64,000 bases of DNA from Bacteroidales bacterium. GTDB taxonomy: Bacteria > Bacteroidota > Bacteroidia > Bacteroidales > P3. A program made the position numbers and the translations under genes. Under the pieces are notes generated by a model. The model was not told where the DNA came from, did no database searches, and was given only the letters and a program-made list of their open reading frames with translations. The stretch lies in contig JAFVCA010000050.1 in the NCBI GenBank assembly GCA_017479705.1, forward strand, positions 3,385 to 67,384, written 5' to 3'. This document shows positions 26,566 to 34,859 of the stretch, in pieces (within the stretch, counting starts at the first letter, position 1; each line of letters starts with the position of its first letter).

Positions 26566-26743
26566 AACCGCCCTTCTTCTGTAGATGTTCTCTCTGTATA
26601 TTGCTGTTCAGAGACAATGCAGAGTCGAAGTGGAAAGTAAGCAGAAAAAAAGTAGAAAGAATGACGGGAGGCCGATACTGGTTTTCCGTAATTTGTGTAG
26701 TTTTTCCCGCAAAATGTACAAGCGTTGATTGCAGGGTTTTGTG

Positions 26744-26751
26744 TAATTTTG
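26744..26751 (+). promoter_or_regulatory. -7 box TAatTTTG upstream of the cupin/CMD gene
   Basis: taattttg lies 61 nt upstream of the ATG at 26812. Confidence 0.4.
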
Positions 26752-26811
26752 CAATTTGGAATAATGTTCCTTGCACCAATTGTAACGTATTGAAATTAAC
26801 GAAATAGACAG

Positions 26812-28050
26812 ATGAAAAAAAGTAGAATAACAATACTCGTAGCAGCTATGCTGATGGCTGTGGGAATGAATGTAAAAGCACAAGTTATGAACGTCGATTT
26901 CAATGTATGGCCCAAAGGGGTATCCAACACCAATTATGCCCAGTACTTTGTGGGCGAGAGTTTTGTGGCTGGTCTTGATGACCAGAATGGCGGTCCCGTC
27001 AATGTGACTTTCGAGCCGCGTTGCCGCAACAATTGGCACATCCACCACCGCTCAGTGCAGGTGCTTATCTGCGTGGCCGGTCACGGCTGGTATGTGGAGG
27101 AAGGCAAGAAGCCTGTGGAGATGCACCCTGGGACTGTCGTTGCCATCCCCGCCGAGGCGAAACACTGGCACGGGGCTGCACGCGACTCGTGGTTCCAGCA
27201 TCTCACTTACATGACGCGCGTGGAGGAGGGCTCTTCGACCGAGTGGTTGGAGCCCGTCACCGACGAGCTGTATGACCAGCTGCCAGGCCTGGCCACCCCG
27301 GCGGGGCAGGTCGGCGATTTGCAGAAGGACTACAAGCCGGACCTCAGAAGGACAGACCCCGAATATATGGAGCGTTTTGCTGCTTTCGCCTTTGGCGAGG
27401 TGACGGCGCAGACCAGCACCCGCTTGGACGACCGCACGCGCTATATCGGTTACTTGGCCACGCTGCTGGGTTGCCAGGGCATTGACGAGTACCGCTCTGT
27501 GTTGCCCATGGCCTTGAATGCTGGCGTGACGCCTGTCGAGGTGAAGGAAATAGTCTATCAGGCAACGGCCTATTTGGGTATGGGGCGCGTGGCACCTTTC
27601 CTGAAGGCTACCAACGAAATCTTCGAGGGACGTGGCATTGCACTGCCGATGGCCTCACAGGCGCAGACCACCATGGGAAGCCGCCGCGAGGCCGGCACAC
27701 AGGCTCAGGTGGACTGTTTCGGCGAGCAGATGCGGGACTTCTGGAAGTCGGGCCCGGAGGAGAGCCGCCATATCAACCTTTGGCTGGCCGACAATTGCTT
27801 TGGCGACTACTATACCCGCACGGGGCTGGATCTGCGGATGCGCGAGTTGATCACCTTCTGTTTCCTTGCCGCGCAGGGTGGCTGCGAGCCGCAACTGAAG
27901 GGCCACATTGCGGGCAACTATCATGTGGGCAACGACAGGGAGCTCCTCATCGCCGTCCTTTCCAGCAATCTCCCATTCATCGGCTACCCCCGCACACTGA
28001 ACGCCCTCAACTGCATCCGCGAAGTGGCGGAGCCTGGCAAGAAAAAATAG
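26812..28050 (+). CDS. Cupin domain + carboxymuconolactone decarboxylase (CMD/AhpD-like) fusion protein with signal peptide
   Basis: 412 aa. Signal MKKSRITILVAAMLMAVGMNVKAQ. Cupin core NNWHIHHRSVQVLICVAGHGWY...IPAEAKHWHGA. Two CMD-like halves in the C-terminal region (ELITFCFLAAQGGCEPQLKGHI). Confidence 0.7.
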   Translation: MKKSRITILVAAMLMAVGMNVKAQVMNVDFNVWPKGVSNTNYAQYFVGESFVAGLDDQNGGPVNVTFEPRCRNNWHIHHRSVQVLICVAGHGWYVEEGKKPVEMHPGTVVAIPAEAKHWHGAARDSWFQHLTYMTRVEEGSSTEWLEPVTDELYDQLPGLATPAGQVGDLQKDYKPDLRRTDPEYMERFAAFAFGEVTAQTSTRLDDRTRYIGYLATLLGCQGIDEYRSVLPMALNAGVTPVEVKEIVYQATAYLGMGRVAPFLKATNEIFEGRGIALPMASQAQTTMGSRREAGTQAQVDCFGEQMRDFWKSGPEESRHINLWLADNCFGDYYTRTGLDLRMRELITFCFLAAQGGCEPQLKGHIAGNYHVGNDRELLIAVLSSNLPFIGYPRTLNALNCIREVAEPGKKK

Positions 28051-28192
28051 ATCTCAAAAAGATTAAGAGGACTTCAACAAATCACCCGGCATGGGTGAGG
28101 AGGTCAGCCGTGCCATACAGGCACAGGCGCATCCGCAGTGAGTGTCAACAGCCCAAGCCGTTGCCTCCTGAAGAGTCGCGAGAATGAATAGA

Positions 28193-28564
28193 CTATCGGG
28201 GCAGCTCCACTGCGCTGAAAGCGTTCTCGATGTGCACTATTTTGTGGCCAGTAGGGGAGAGGGTGACGGAAATGATGTCGAACCGTACCTCCTCCTCGCG
28301 CTGGTGCTTGATGACGTAGGCGTCGGCCATGCGGATGTAGGCCCGCTGCTTGTCGCGGTTCACAAACTCTTCGGGGTTGCCGTGTTCGGTCTCGCTGCGT
28401 GTCTTCACCTCGGCAAACACTATCAGCCCCTCGCGGTAGGCAATGATGTCCACCTCGTGTTTCCCCCTGCGCCAGTTGGTCTCCACGATGGCGAAGCCTT
28501 GCTCCTCCAAGTGTCGGCGTGCCAACAGCTCGCCCTCTTTCCCAGTGTTGTTGTGTTCAGCCAT
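28193..28564 (-). CDS. YraN family (UPF0102) endonuclease-like protein
   Basis: GKEGELLARRHLEEQGFAIVETNWRRGKHEVDIIA...VFAEVKTR. Start taken at MAEHNN. A TAccTTTG box lies just upstream. Confidence 0.8.
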   Translation of the reverse strand: MAEHNNTGKEGELLARRHLEEQGFAIVETNWRRGKHEVDIIAYREGLIVFAEVKTRSETEHGNPEEFVNRDKQRAYIRMADAYVIKHQREEEVRFDIISVTLSPTGHKIVHIENAFSAVELPR

Positions 28565-28631
28565 AACGGCTGCAAAGGTACATATTTTCTCCGACATGGC
28601 ACACAAAAATTTGTAGTTTCAAAAAAAGTTG

Positions 28632-28639
28632 TATCTTTG
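28632..28639 (+). promoter_or_regulatory. -7 box TAtcTTTG upstream of the TPP riboswitch
   Basis: tatctttg lies about 25 nt before the riboswitch. Confidence 0.5.
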
Positions 28640-28661
28640 CACCATCGTTCCGAGCGGAGGA

Positions 28662-28738
28662 ACTCGTTTAGGGGTGCTGCAACTTGTTGTGGCTGAGATT
28701 ACACCCTCGAACCTGATCCGGATAATGCCGGCGGAGGA
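28662..28738 (+). promoter_or_regulatory. TPP (THI-box) riboswitch
   Basis: AGGGGTGC...GGCTGAGATTACACCCTCGAACCTGATCCGGATAATGCCGGCGGAGGAA matches the TPP aptamer consensus (CUGAGA, ACCUGAUCyGGAUAAUGCCrGCG). Confidence 0.9.
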
Positions 28739-28745
28739 AAAGACT

Positions 28746-31001
28746 ATGAGAACAAACAAATACCTTTGTGGCCGCTATCAATACCGGGCCACCCGTCCCA
28801 ATGCCAAGCAGATGATAGCCTGCTGTGCATTGTCAGCAACCCTATTGTGTGGCATCAGTGCCAATGCTCAGTCGCGTGACACCACGCGCACCCTTGATGA
28901 GGTGATTGTGCAGGATGTGCGCGTCAGCAACAAAGCGCCCCTCACCACCACCACCGTCACTGCCGACCAGCTGCAAGATGCCCGTGGCAGCGTGAGTATC
29001 CCCTACATCCTCGAGACCCAGCCCTCAGTGGTGGCTTCGGGCGAGAACGGCACCGTGGGAGCTACCTCGTTGCGCATCCGTGGTGTGGATGCCAGCCGTA
29101 TTAACGTCAACATCAACGGCATCACACTCAACGACCCTGAAAGCCAGGAGGTCTTCTGGTACAATATCCCCAACCTTGGCGGCATGGCTCACAGCTTCCA
29201 GATTCAGCGCGGTGTGGGTTCGTCCACAGGCGGCAGCCCTGCTTTCGGTGCCGCCATCAACATGCAGACGCTCAACGCCAAGGGCAAACCCTACGGCAGT
29301 GCCGACTTGGGTTTTGGCAGCTGGAACACCCGCCAGTATAGCATCAGCGGCGGGACGGGCATCATGAAGAGTGGCCTCAGTTTCGACTTTGCCTACAGCG
29401 GCTTGAACAGCGACGGCTATGTGCGCGGCGGCGGTGCCGACCAGCAGAGTCTCTTCGGCAGCCTGTCGTGGTATGGCGAAAGAACCCTCATCAAACTCCT
29501 TGCCATCGTCGGCAGTCAGACCACAGGTATCACCTGGGACGGTGCCGACAGCGCACAGCTCAATGCCGACCCCACCTACAACCCCTCCGGCGAGTACTAC
29601 ATGGACGGCAACGTGATGTACTACCCCAAAGAGACCGACAACTACTGGCAGCAGCACTACCAGCTCTACCTCTCCCACCTGCTCACCGACCGCTGGAGCA
29701 TCAAGGGCATTGTCAACTTCACCCACGGCGACGGCTACTATGAGCAGTACAAAGCCGAAAAGAAATACTCCAAGTATGGCATTGAGCAAAGCGGCAAGAC
29801 CGACTTCGTCACCCGTAAGTTGATGGACAACAACAGCATCACCGCCAATCTGGCCGCCAACTACAATGGCGAGAAACTCACCCTCTCGTTCGGCGACAAT
29901 ATGCTTTACTTCAACGGCTACCACTTTGGCAACGTCATCTGGGTGCGCGACACTGCTTGCCACCTCCCCAAGACCTTTGAGTGGTACCGCTACCAAGGCA
30001 CCAAGACGGACAACAGTGTTTACGCCAAGGCCACGTATGACTTCAACCCCAGCCTCAACGCCTATGCCGACCTCCAGCTGCGCACCGTAAACTACAAACT
30101 GCGCGGCATTACGGACGACCTCGACAACCTCGACTTCAACGAGAACTACCTCTTCTTCAACCCCAAGGCCGGTATCAACTACCGCATTGACGACCACCAG
30201 CGCACCTACTTTGTGGCCGGCATCAGCAACCGCGAACCCACCCGCAGCGACATCAAGGATGCCCTTGCCCACGGCGACACCGTCAAGGCCGAGACCATGC
30301 TCGACTTAGAGCTGGGCTACCAGATTGCCCGCAACCGCTGGAGTTTCTCCGCCAACCTCTATGCCATGCTCTACAAAGACCAGCTCACCCCCAACGGCCG
30401 CATCAGCTCCAGTGGCTACTCCCTTATGGAGAACGTGGACCGCAGCTACCGTCTCGGCATCGAGCTGCAAGGCGGCTACCAGATCGCCCGCTGGTTCCGC
30501 ATGGATGCCAACCTCACCCTCAGCACCAACAAGGTGCTCAATTACACCTACAGCCTCTTCAACGACGGCGACAGCGTCGTCCTCAACCCCGACGGCACCT
30601 GGAGCACCCTCGATGTCACCGCCAACACACCGTTAGCCTTCTCGCCCTCCGTCATTGGAGCTGCCATCGCCACCTTCACCCCCTTCAGCGGGGCCAAGTT
30701 GCAGCTCATCGGCAAATATGTAGGCAAGCAGTATGCCGACAACACCGGCCGCGAGTGCTACGCCCTCAACCCCTACTTCCTCCTCAACCTGCGCGCCTCC
30801 TACACCTGGAACCTCCGCAGCGGCAACCAAATCGAGGCCCAGCTCACCGTCAACAACCTGTTAGACCACCGCTACCGCCTCAGCGCCTGGGTGGGCGACT
30901 GGTATGACGAAACCGAAACAGCCCAATACTACTACCACAGCAGAGGCTGGCTCCAGCAGCCCGGCCGCAACTTCATGGCCCGGCTGATCTACAGCTTCTA
31001 A
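28746..31001 (+). CDS. TonB-dependent outer-membrane receptor (thiamine-regulated)
   Basis: The ORF track start at 28629 would read through the riboswitch, so the ATG at 28746 (MRTNKYL) is used. Plug region DEVIVQD...TADQL. Terminal ...ARLIYSF. Confidence 0.85.
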   Translation: MRTNKYLCGRYQYRATRPNAKQMIACCALSATLLCGISANAQSRDTTRTLDEVIVQDVRVSNKAPLTTTTVTADQLQDARGSVSIPYILETQPSVVASGENGTVGATSLRIRGVDASRINVNINGITLNDPESQEVFWYNIPNLGGMAHSFQIQRGVGSSTGGSPAFGAAINMQTLNAKGKPYGSADLGFGSWNTRQYSISGGTGIMKSGLSFDFAYSGLNSDGYVRGGGADQQSLFGSLSWYGERTLIKLLAIVGSQTTGITWDGADSAQLNADPTYNPSGEYYMDGNVMYYPKETDNYWQQHYQLYLSHLLTDRWSIKGIVNFTHGDGYYEQYKAEKKYSKYGIEQSGKTDFVTRKLMDNNSITANLAANYNGEKLTLSFGDNMLYFNGYHFGNVIWVRDTACHLPKTFEWYRYQGTKTDNSVYAKATYDFNPSLNAYADLQLRTVNYKLRGITDDLDNLDFNENYLFFNPKAGINYRIDDHQRTYFVAGISNREPTRSDIKDALAHGDTVKAETMLDLELGYQIARNRWSFSANLYAMLYKDQLTPNGRISSSGYSLMENVDRSYRLGIELQGGYQIARWFRMDANLTLSTNKVLNYTYSLFNDGDSVVLNPDGTWSTLDVTANTPLAFSPSVIGAAIATFTPFSGAKLQLIGKYVGKQYADNTGRECYALNPYFLLNLRASYTWNLRSGNQIEAQLTVNNLLDHRYRLSAWVGDWYDETETAQYYYHSRGWLQQPGRNFMARLIYSF

Positions 31002-31008
31002 TCAAACT

Positions 31009-31073
31009 GAAAGGTGAAAATTGGAATCAGGTTTGCACACGCATTCCAATTTTCACCTTTCACCTTTCACTTT
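31009..31073. repeat. Inverted pair of heptamer-type repeats (hairpin)
   Basis: gaaaggtgaaaattggaat (31009-31027) and attccaattttcacctttc (31043-31061) are exact reverse complements. They are followed by acctttcacttt. Confidence 0.9.
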
Positions 31074-31088
31074 GCGGAGAACCTCCGC
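31074..31088 (+). repeat. GC hairpin repeat GCGGAGAACCTCCGC
   Basis: Exact copy. Confidence 0.9.
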
Positions 31089-31090
31089 GG

Positions 31091-31141
31091 ATGTTATTCG
31101 TGAATATGTTAATGTGTAAATTCGCTAATATGTTAATGTGT
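31091..31141 (-). repeat. Octamer array (TAACACAT/TCACGAAT family, reverse orientation)
   Basis: atgttattcgtgaatatgttaatgtgtaaattcgctaatatgttaatgtgt. Confidence 0.85.
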
Positions 31142-31780
31142 GCGCCCTTAATTACCTGCGGCGGTGCGCCGTTTTCAATTTTCAATTTTCAATTCTCAGT
31201 TTTCAATATTCTTGAAATCATTGGGGCCGTCATAGGTCTTGCCTACATCATCAGCGAATACCGTGCCGACCGTTTCTTCTGGCCGCTCAGCATCCTCATG
31301 TCGCTCTTCTACATCGTCATCGACTTCACCTCCGGCATCTATGCCAACGGGGCCATCTGCTGCTACAACCTGCTCATGTCCATCTATGGGCTATTAGTGT
31401 GGCGCGGGATTGTGCAGAGCAAAGAGCGCGCCGAGCGTCCCGTGGGCTCCTGCCCCCGGCACTATTGGCCCTTCATCGGGGCCGCTGTGGCTGTGCTCTC
31501 CGTGGTGCTGTGGTGGCTGCTCGGCACCCTTGGCGAGAGCCAGTTCCCCTGGTTAGACGGCATCTCCTCAGCCCTCTCCATCGTGGCCATGTGGATGCTC
31601 TCGCAGAAGTATTGGCAGCAATGGATACTCTGGCTCGTGGTCGAACCCCTCATGATACTCCTGTTCTACATCACCGGCAACTACGCCTCGGCGCTCCTCT
31701 ACGTCGTCTTCGAAGTCTTCTGTGTGCTCGGCATCATCCGCTGGCGTCGCCTCGAGCGGAGAACCTCCGCAGGTGTTTAA
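31091..31780 (+). CDS. PnuC/PnuT family vitamin transporter (likely thiamine, given the riboswitch operon)
   Basis: LEIIGAVIGLAYIISEYRADRFFWPLSILMSLFYIVIDFTSGIYANG is typical of PnuC. All candidate ATGs (31091-31136) lie inside repeats, so the start is uncertain. The C-terminal ERRTSAGV comes from the GC hairpin repeat at 31756-31770. Confidence 0.75.
   Translation: MLFVNMLMCKFANMLMCAPLITCGGAPFSIFNFQFSVFNILEIIGAVIGLAYIISEYRADRFFWPLSILMSLFYIVIDFTSGIYANGAICCYNLLMSIYGLLVWRGIVQSKERAERPVGSCPRHYWPFIGAAVAVLSVVLWWLLGTLGESQFPWLDGISSALSIVAMWMLSQKYWQQWILWLVVEPLMILLFYITGNYASALLYVVFEVFCVLGIIRWRRLERRTSAGV
31142..31208 (+). repeat. GC box (gcgcccttaattacctgcggcggtgcgcc) + heptamer array
   Basis: The same GC box + array combination recurs at 45197-45251 and, reversed, at 39893-39940. 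Confidence 0.85.
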
Positions 31781-31798
31781 TTCTTAATCTTTAATTTC

Positions 31799-33109
31799 TC
31801 AGACCAGCATCTTCAGCAAGTCCTGCCCTATGTCGTGGCGGTAGTAGCAGCCCTCCCACTTCACATTCTCCAGCTCCTGATAGGCCGCCAGCATAGCCGT
31901 GGGCATCGAGTCCGCCATCGCCGTCACGCACAGCACGCGGCCTCCAGCCGTCAGCAGCGTCCCGTCGGCACTCAAAGCCGTGCCCGCGTGGAACACCTTG
32001 CACCCCTTCACATCCTCCACACCCACAATCGGCTTGCCCTTCTCGTAATGCTCCGGGTATCCGCCCGAAACCATCATCACGCACGCTGCAGCCCGCGGGT
32101 CCACATCTAACGGCACCTGCTGCAACGTCCCCTGCCACGTGTGCTGGAACAGCTCCACCACATCGCTCTTTATGCGGGGGAAGACGCACTCCGTCTCCGG
32201 GTCGCCCATGCGAGCGTTATATTCAATCACATACGGGTTCATCACTCCGTTCTCGTCCGGCACAGCCATCAGCCCCACAAAGATGAAACCCTTGTATCGG
32301 ATGCCCTCAGCATGCAGCCCCTTCACCGTTGGCACCACAATGCGCTCCTCCACCTTCTGCATGAAAGCCTTGTCGGCAAAATGCACCGGGCTCACCGAGC
32401 CCATGCCGCCCGTGTTCAGGCCCGTGTCGCCCTCGCCAATGCGCTTGTAATCCTTCGCTGTGGGCAATATCTTATAGTGCTTGCCGTCCGTCAGCACAAA
32501 CACGCTCAACTCCACGCCGCTCAGAAACTCCTCCACCACAACCCGAGCCGACGCTGCGCCAAACTTTCCGTCCACCAGCATCTCCCTCAGCTCGTGCTCC
32601 GCCTCCTCCAGCTTGTCCACAATCAGCACCCCCTTGCCGGCAGCCAGGCCGTCCGCCTTCAGCACGTAGGGGGCTTTCAGCGTGCGCAGGAACGCCACGC
32701 CCTCCTCCACCTCGTCGGCCGCAAACGTGCGGTACGCCGCCGTAGGCACACCGTGCCGACCCATAAACTGTTTGGCAAAATCCTTGCTCCCCTCCAGCTG
32801 GGCGCCCTCGCGGCCCGGCCCTATCACCATCACATGCCGCAAATCACTCTCCGTGGCGAAAAAGTCCGCCACCCCGCCCACAAGCGGAGCTTCCGGCCCC
32901 ACAACCACCATCCGCACATCGTGCTCCTTCACCAACCGGCGCAACGCCTCAAAATCCATAGGGTTCACATCCACATTGCGACACTTCCGTTCGCGTGCCG
33001 TACCCGCGTTGCCGGGTGCAACAAAAAGAGTGGTACACTGCTCGCTTTCGGCTATTTTACAGGCAATAGCATGCTCGCGACCACCCGATCCAAGAAGAAG
33101 AATATTCAT
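31799..33109 (-). CDS. purD: Phosphoribosylamine--glycine ligase
   Basis: 436 aa. MNILLLGSGGREHAIACK. ATP-grasp architecture. Confidence 0.95.
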   Translation of the reverse strand: MNILLLGSGGREHAIACKIAESEQCTTLFVAPGNAGTARERKCRNVDVNPMDFEALRRLVKEHDVRMVVVGPEAPLVGGVADFFATESDLRHVMVIGPGREGAQLEGSKDFAKQFMGRHGVPTAAYRTFAADEVEEGVAFLRTLKAPYVLKADGLAAGKGVLIVDKLEEAEHELREMLVDGKFGAASARVVVEEFLSGVELSVFVLTDGKHYKILPTAKDYKRIGEGDTGLNTGGMGSVSPVHFADKAFMQKVEERIVVPTVKGLHAEGIRYKGFIFVGLMAVPDENGVMNPYVIEYNARMGDPETECVFPRIKSDVVELFQHTWQGTLQQVPLDVDPRAAACVMMVSGGYPEHYEKGKPIVGVEDVKGCKVFHAGTALSADGTLLTAGGRVLCVTAMADSMPTAMLAAYQELENVKWEGCYYRHDIGQDLLKMLV

Positions 33110-33135
33110 ATATCACTTAGTTTAGAATTAAAATG

Positions 33136-33143
33136 CAAAGATA
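33136..33143 (-). promoter_or_regulatory. -7 box TAtcTTTG upstream of purD
   Basis: The minus strand reads TATCTTTG 27 nt upstream of the ATG at 33109. Confidence 0.45.
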
Positions 33144-33151
33144 CGACTTTA

Positions 33152-33222
33152 TTTTTGAATTAAAAATTAAAAATTAAAAATTAACACCAGCGGGGGTTCT
33201 CCGCCCTGCGGAGGTTCTCCGC
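33152..33222. repeat. (AAAAATT)n array + two reverse-orientation GC hairpin repeats
   Basis: tttttgaattaaaaattaaaaattaaaaatt, then gcgggggttctccgc (33190-33204) and gcggaggttctccgc (33208-33222). Confidence 0.85.
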
Positions 33223-33498
33223 CTGCCCGTGCCGCCCCTTGCTGCGAACGCATTTTGCACACCATATACTTTCTATTTTGATTCCATTTTCCTTCTTGAT
33301 TATTTCTCCGCAAGAAAGTAAATACCGTGGAAAAAGGGAGAAAGCGCCGGGGAATGTGCAAAGCGCCCATTGTGCTGTGCCGAGGCTCCCGCGGAGCAGT
33401 TCATTCCATCCCCTATAACTATATTTATATGTTGCCCTGCAACCAAAAACCCCGTAATTCAAAAAAAGTTTGTAACTTTGCAGACTGGACAAAAATAT

Positions 33499-34119
33499 AT
33501 GGGAATTATAAAAAAACTGTTTTCGCGCTGTAAATCAGCCGACGACATTGATTATAGCATGAAATATCTAATCGCGGGATTGGGCAATGTGGGTGCTGAA
33601 TACGAAGGCACCCGCCACAACGTTGGCTTTATGGTGGTCGACGAGATGGCTCGTAAAGCCGAAGCCCGCTGGAGCCTCGAACGCCGTGCCTACCGCGCCG
33701 AACTCAAAATCAAAGGGCGCACCCTCATACTCATCAAACCCACCACCTACATGAACCTCAGCGGCGAAGCCGTGCGCTACTGGCTGCAGACCGAGAAAGT
33801 GCCGTTGGAGAACCTCCTCGTGGTGGTGGACGACATCGCCCTCCCCCTCGGCACCCTCCGCATGCGCAAACAAGGCAGCGGCGGCGGCCACAACGGCCTC
33901 CGCAACATCGAAGCCCTGCTGGGCCGCAATGACTACTGCCGCCTGCGCATAGGGGTTGGCAACAACTTTGGCCGCGGCGGGCAGATTGACTACGTCCTCG
34001 GCCCCTTCAGCAGCGAAGAGCAAGCCGACCTCGCCCCCACACTCGAGAAAGCCTGTCAGGCCGTCGGCTGCTTCGCCACACAAGGACCCGACCGGGCCAT
34101 GAACCTCTACAACAAATGA
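33499..34119 (+). CDS. pth: Peptidyl-tRNA hydrolase
   Basis: GLGNVGAEYEGTRHNVGF. A TAacTTTG box at 33473-33480 favours the ATG at 33499 (MGIIKKLFS...). The alternative ATG at 33559 (MKYLIAGLGN) is also possible. Confidence 0.85.
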   Translation: MGIIKKLFSRCKSADDIDYSMKYLIAGLGNVGAEYEGTRHNVGFMVVDEMARKAEARWSLERRAYRAELKIKGRTLILIKPTTYMNLSGEAVRYWLQTEKVPLENLLVVVDDIALPLGTLRMRKQGSGGGHNGLRNIEALLGRNDYCRLRIGVGNNFGRGGQIDYVLGPFSSEEQADLAPTLEKACQAVGCFATQGPDRAMNLYNK

Positions 34120-34841
34120 ATCTGACACTCGACATAGGCAACACACGCATCAAGTGGGCACTCTTCGACGGGCCTCGGCTCGCCGACAGCGGAGTCACCG
34201 ACGCCCCCTCCCTTGCAGCCCTTGCCCGTCGCCTGTCTTGGAGCCGAGCCGCCGTCTGTGCCTCCGGCCACGCCGACCTCAGCCCCCTCCTCGCCACCGG
34301 GCGCCCCGTCCACCGCCTCACCGCTGCCTCACCGCTCCCCATCGCCCTCGACTACGCCACCCCCCAAACCCTCGGCCCCGACCGCATTGCCGCAGCCTGT
34401 GGGGCTTGGGCACTCTTCCCCGGCACCGACTGCATCATCATCGACGCCGGCACCTGCATCACAATTGACCACCTCGACGCCACAGGCACCTACCGCGGCG
34501 GGGCAATCCTCCCCGGCATCGAAATGAAATTCCATGCCCTGCATACTTTTACAGCCCGTTTGCCGTTATTGGAACAGATTGACGGCGCTGCCTCCCCCGT
34601 CACGGGCCGCACCACCTCCGAGAGCATCGTTGCCGGTGTCCTCACCGCCACGCGCTTTGCTGTCGAAGGTTTTGTGCAACACTACCGCTCGCGCTGTGCC
34701 ACAGCCCGGGTGCTCCTCACAGGCGGCGATGCCGCGCGCCTCACCGCCGCAGGAGTCTCCGCACTGCAACACGCCGAACGGCTGCCCCACCTCGTCATGA
34801 CAGGGTTGAACAACATACTGACAGAATTAAATATACAATAA
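34116..34841 (+). CDS. coaX: Type III pantothenate kinase
   Basis: 241 aa. MNLTLDIGNTRIKWALF. ATGA overlap with the pth stop. Confidence 0.9.
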   Translation: MNLTLDIGNTRIKWALFDGPRLADSGVTDAPSLAALARRLSWSRAAVCASGHADLSPLLATGRPVHRLTAASPLPIALDYATPQTLGPDRIAAACGAWALFPGTDCIIIDAGTCITIDHLDATGTYRGGAILPGIEMKFHALHTFTARLPLLEQIDGAASPVTGRTTSESIVAGVLTATRFAVEGFVQHYRSRCATARVLLTGGDAARLTAAGVSALQHAERLPHLVMTGLNNILTELNIQ

Positions 34842-34859
34842 AACAGCATATTGAACTAA

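Noticed and set aside
28629-28745. The ORF-track start of the TonB-dependent receptor at 28629.
   Set aside because: It would translate through the TPP riboswitch aptamer (28662-28738). The ATG at 28746 follows the aptamer and precedes a signal-like segment.
33370-33498. Long N-terminal extension of pth starting at 33370.
   Set aside because: It would begin upstream of the TAacTTTG promoter box at 33473-33480 and encodes Cys/Pro-rich non-conserved sequence. The ATG at 33499 (or 33559) fits the Pth N-terminus.
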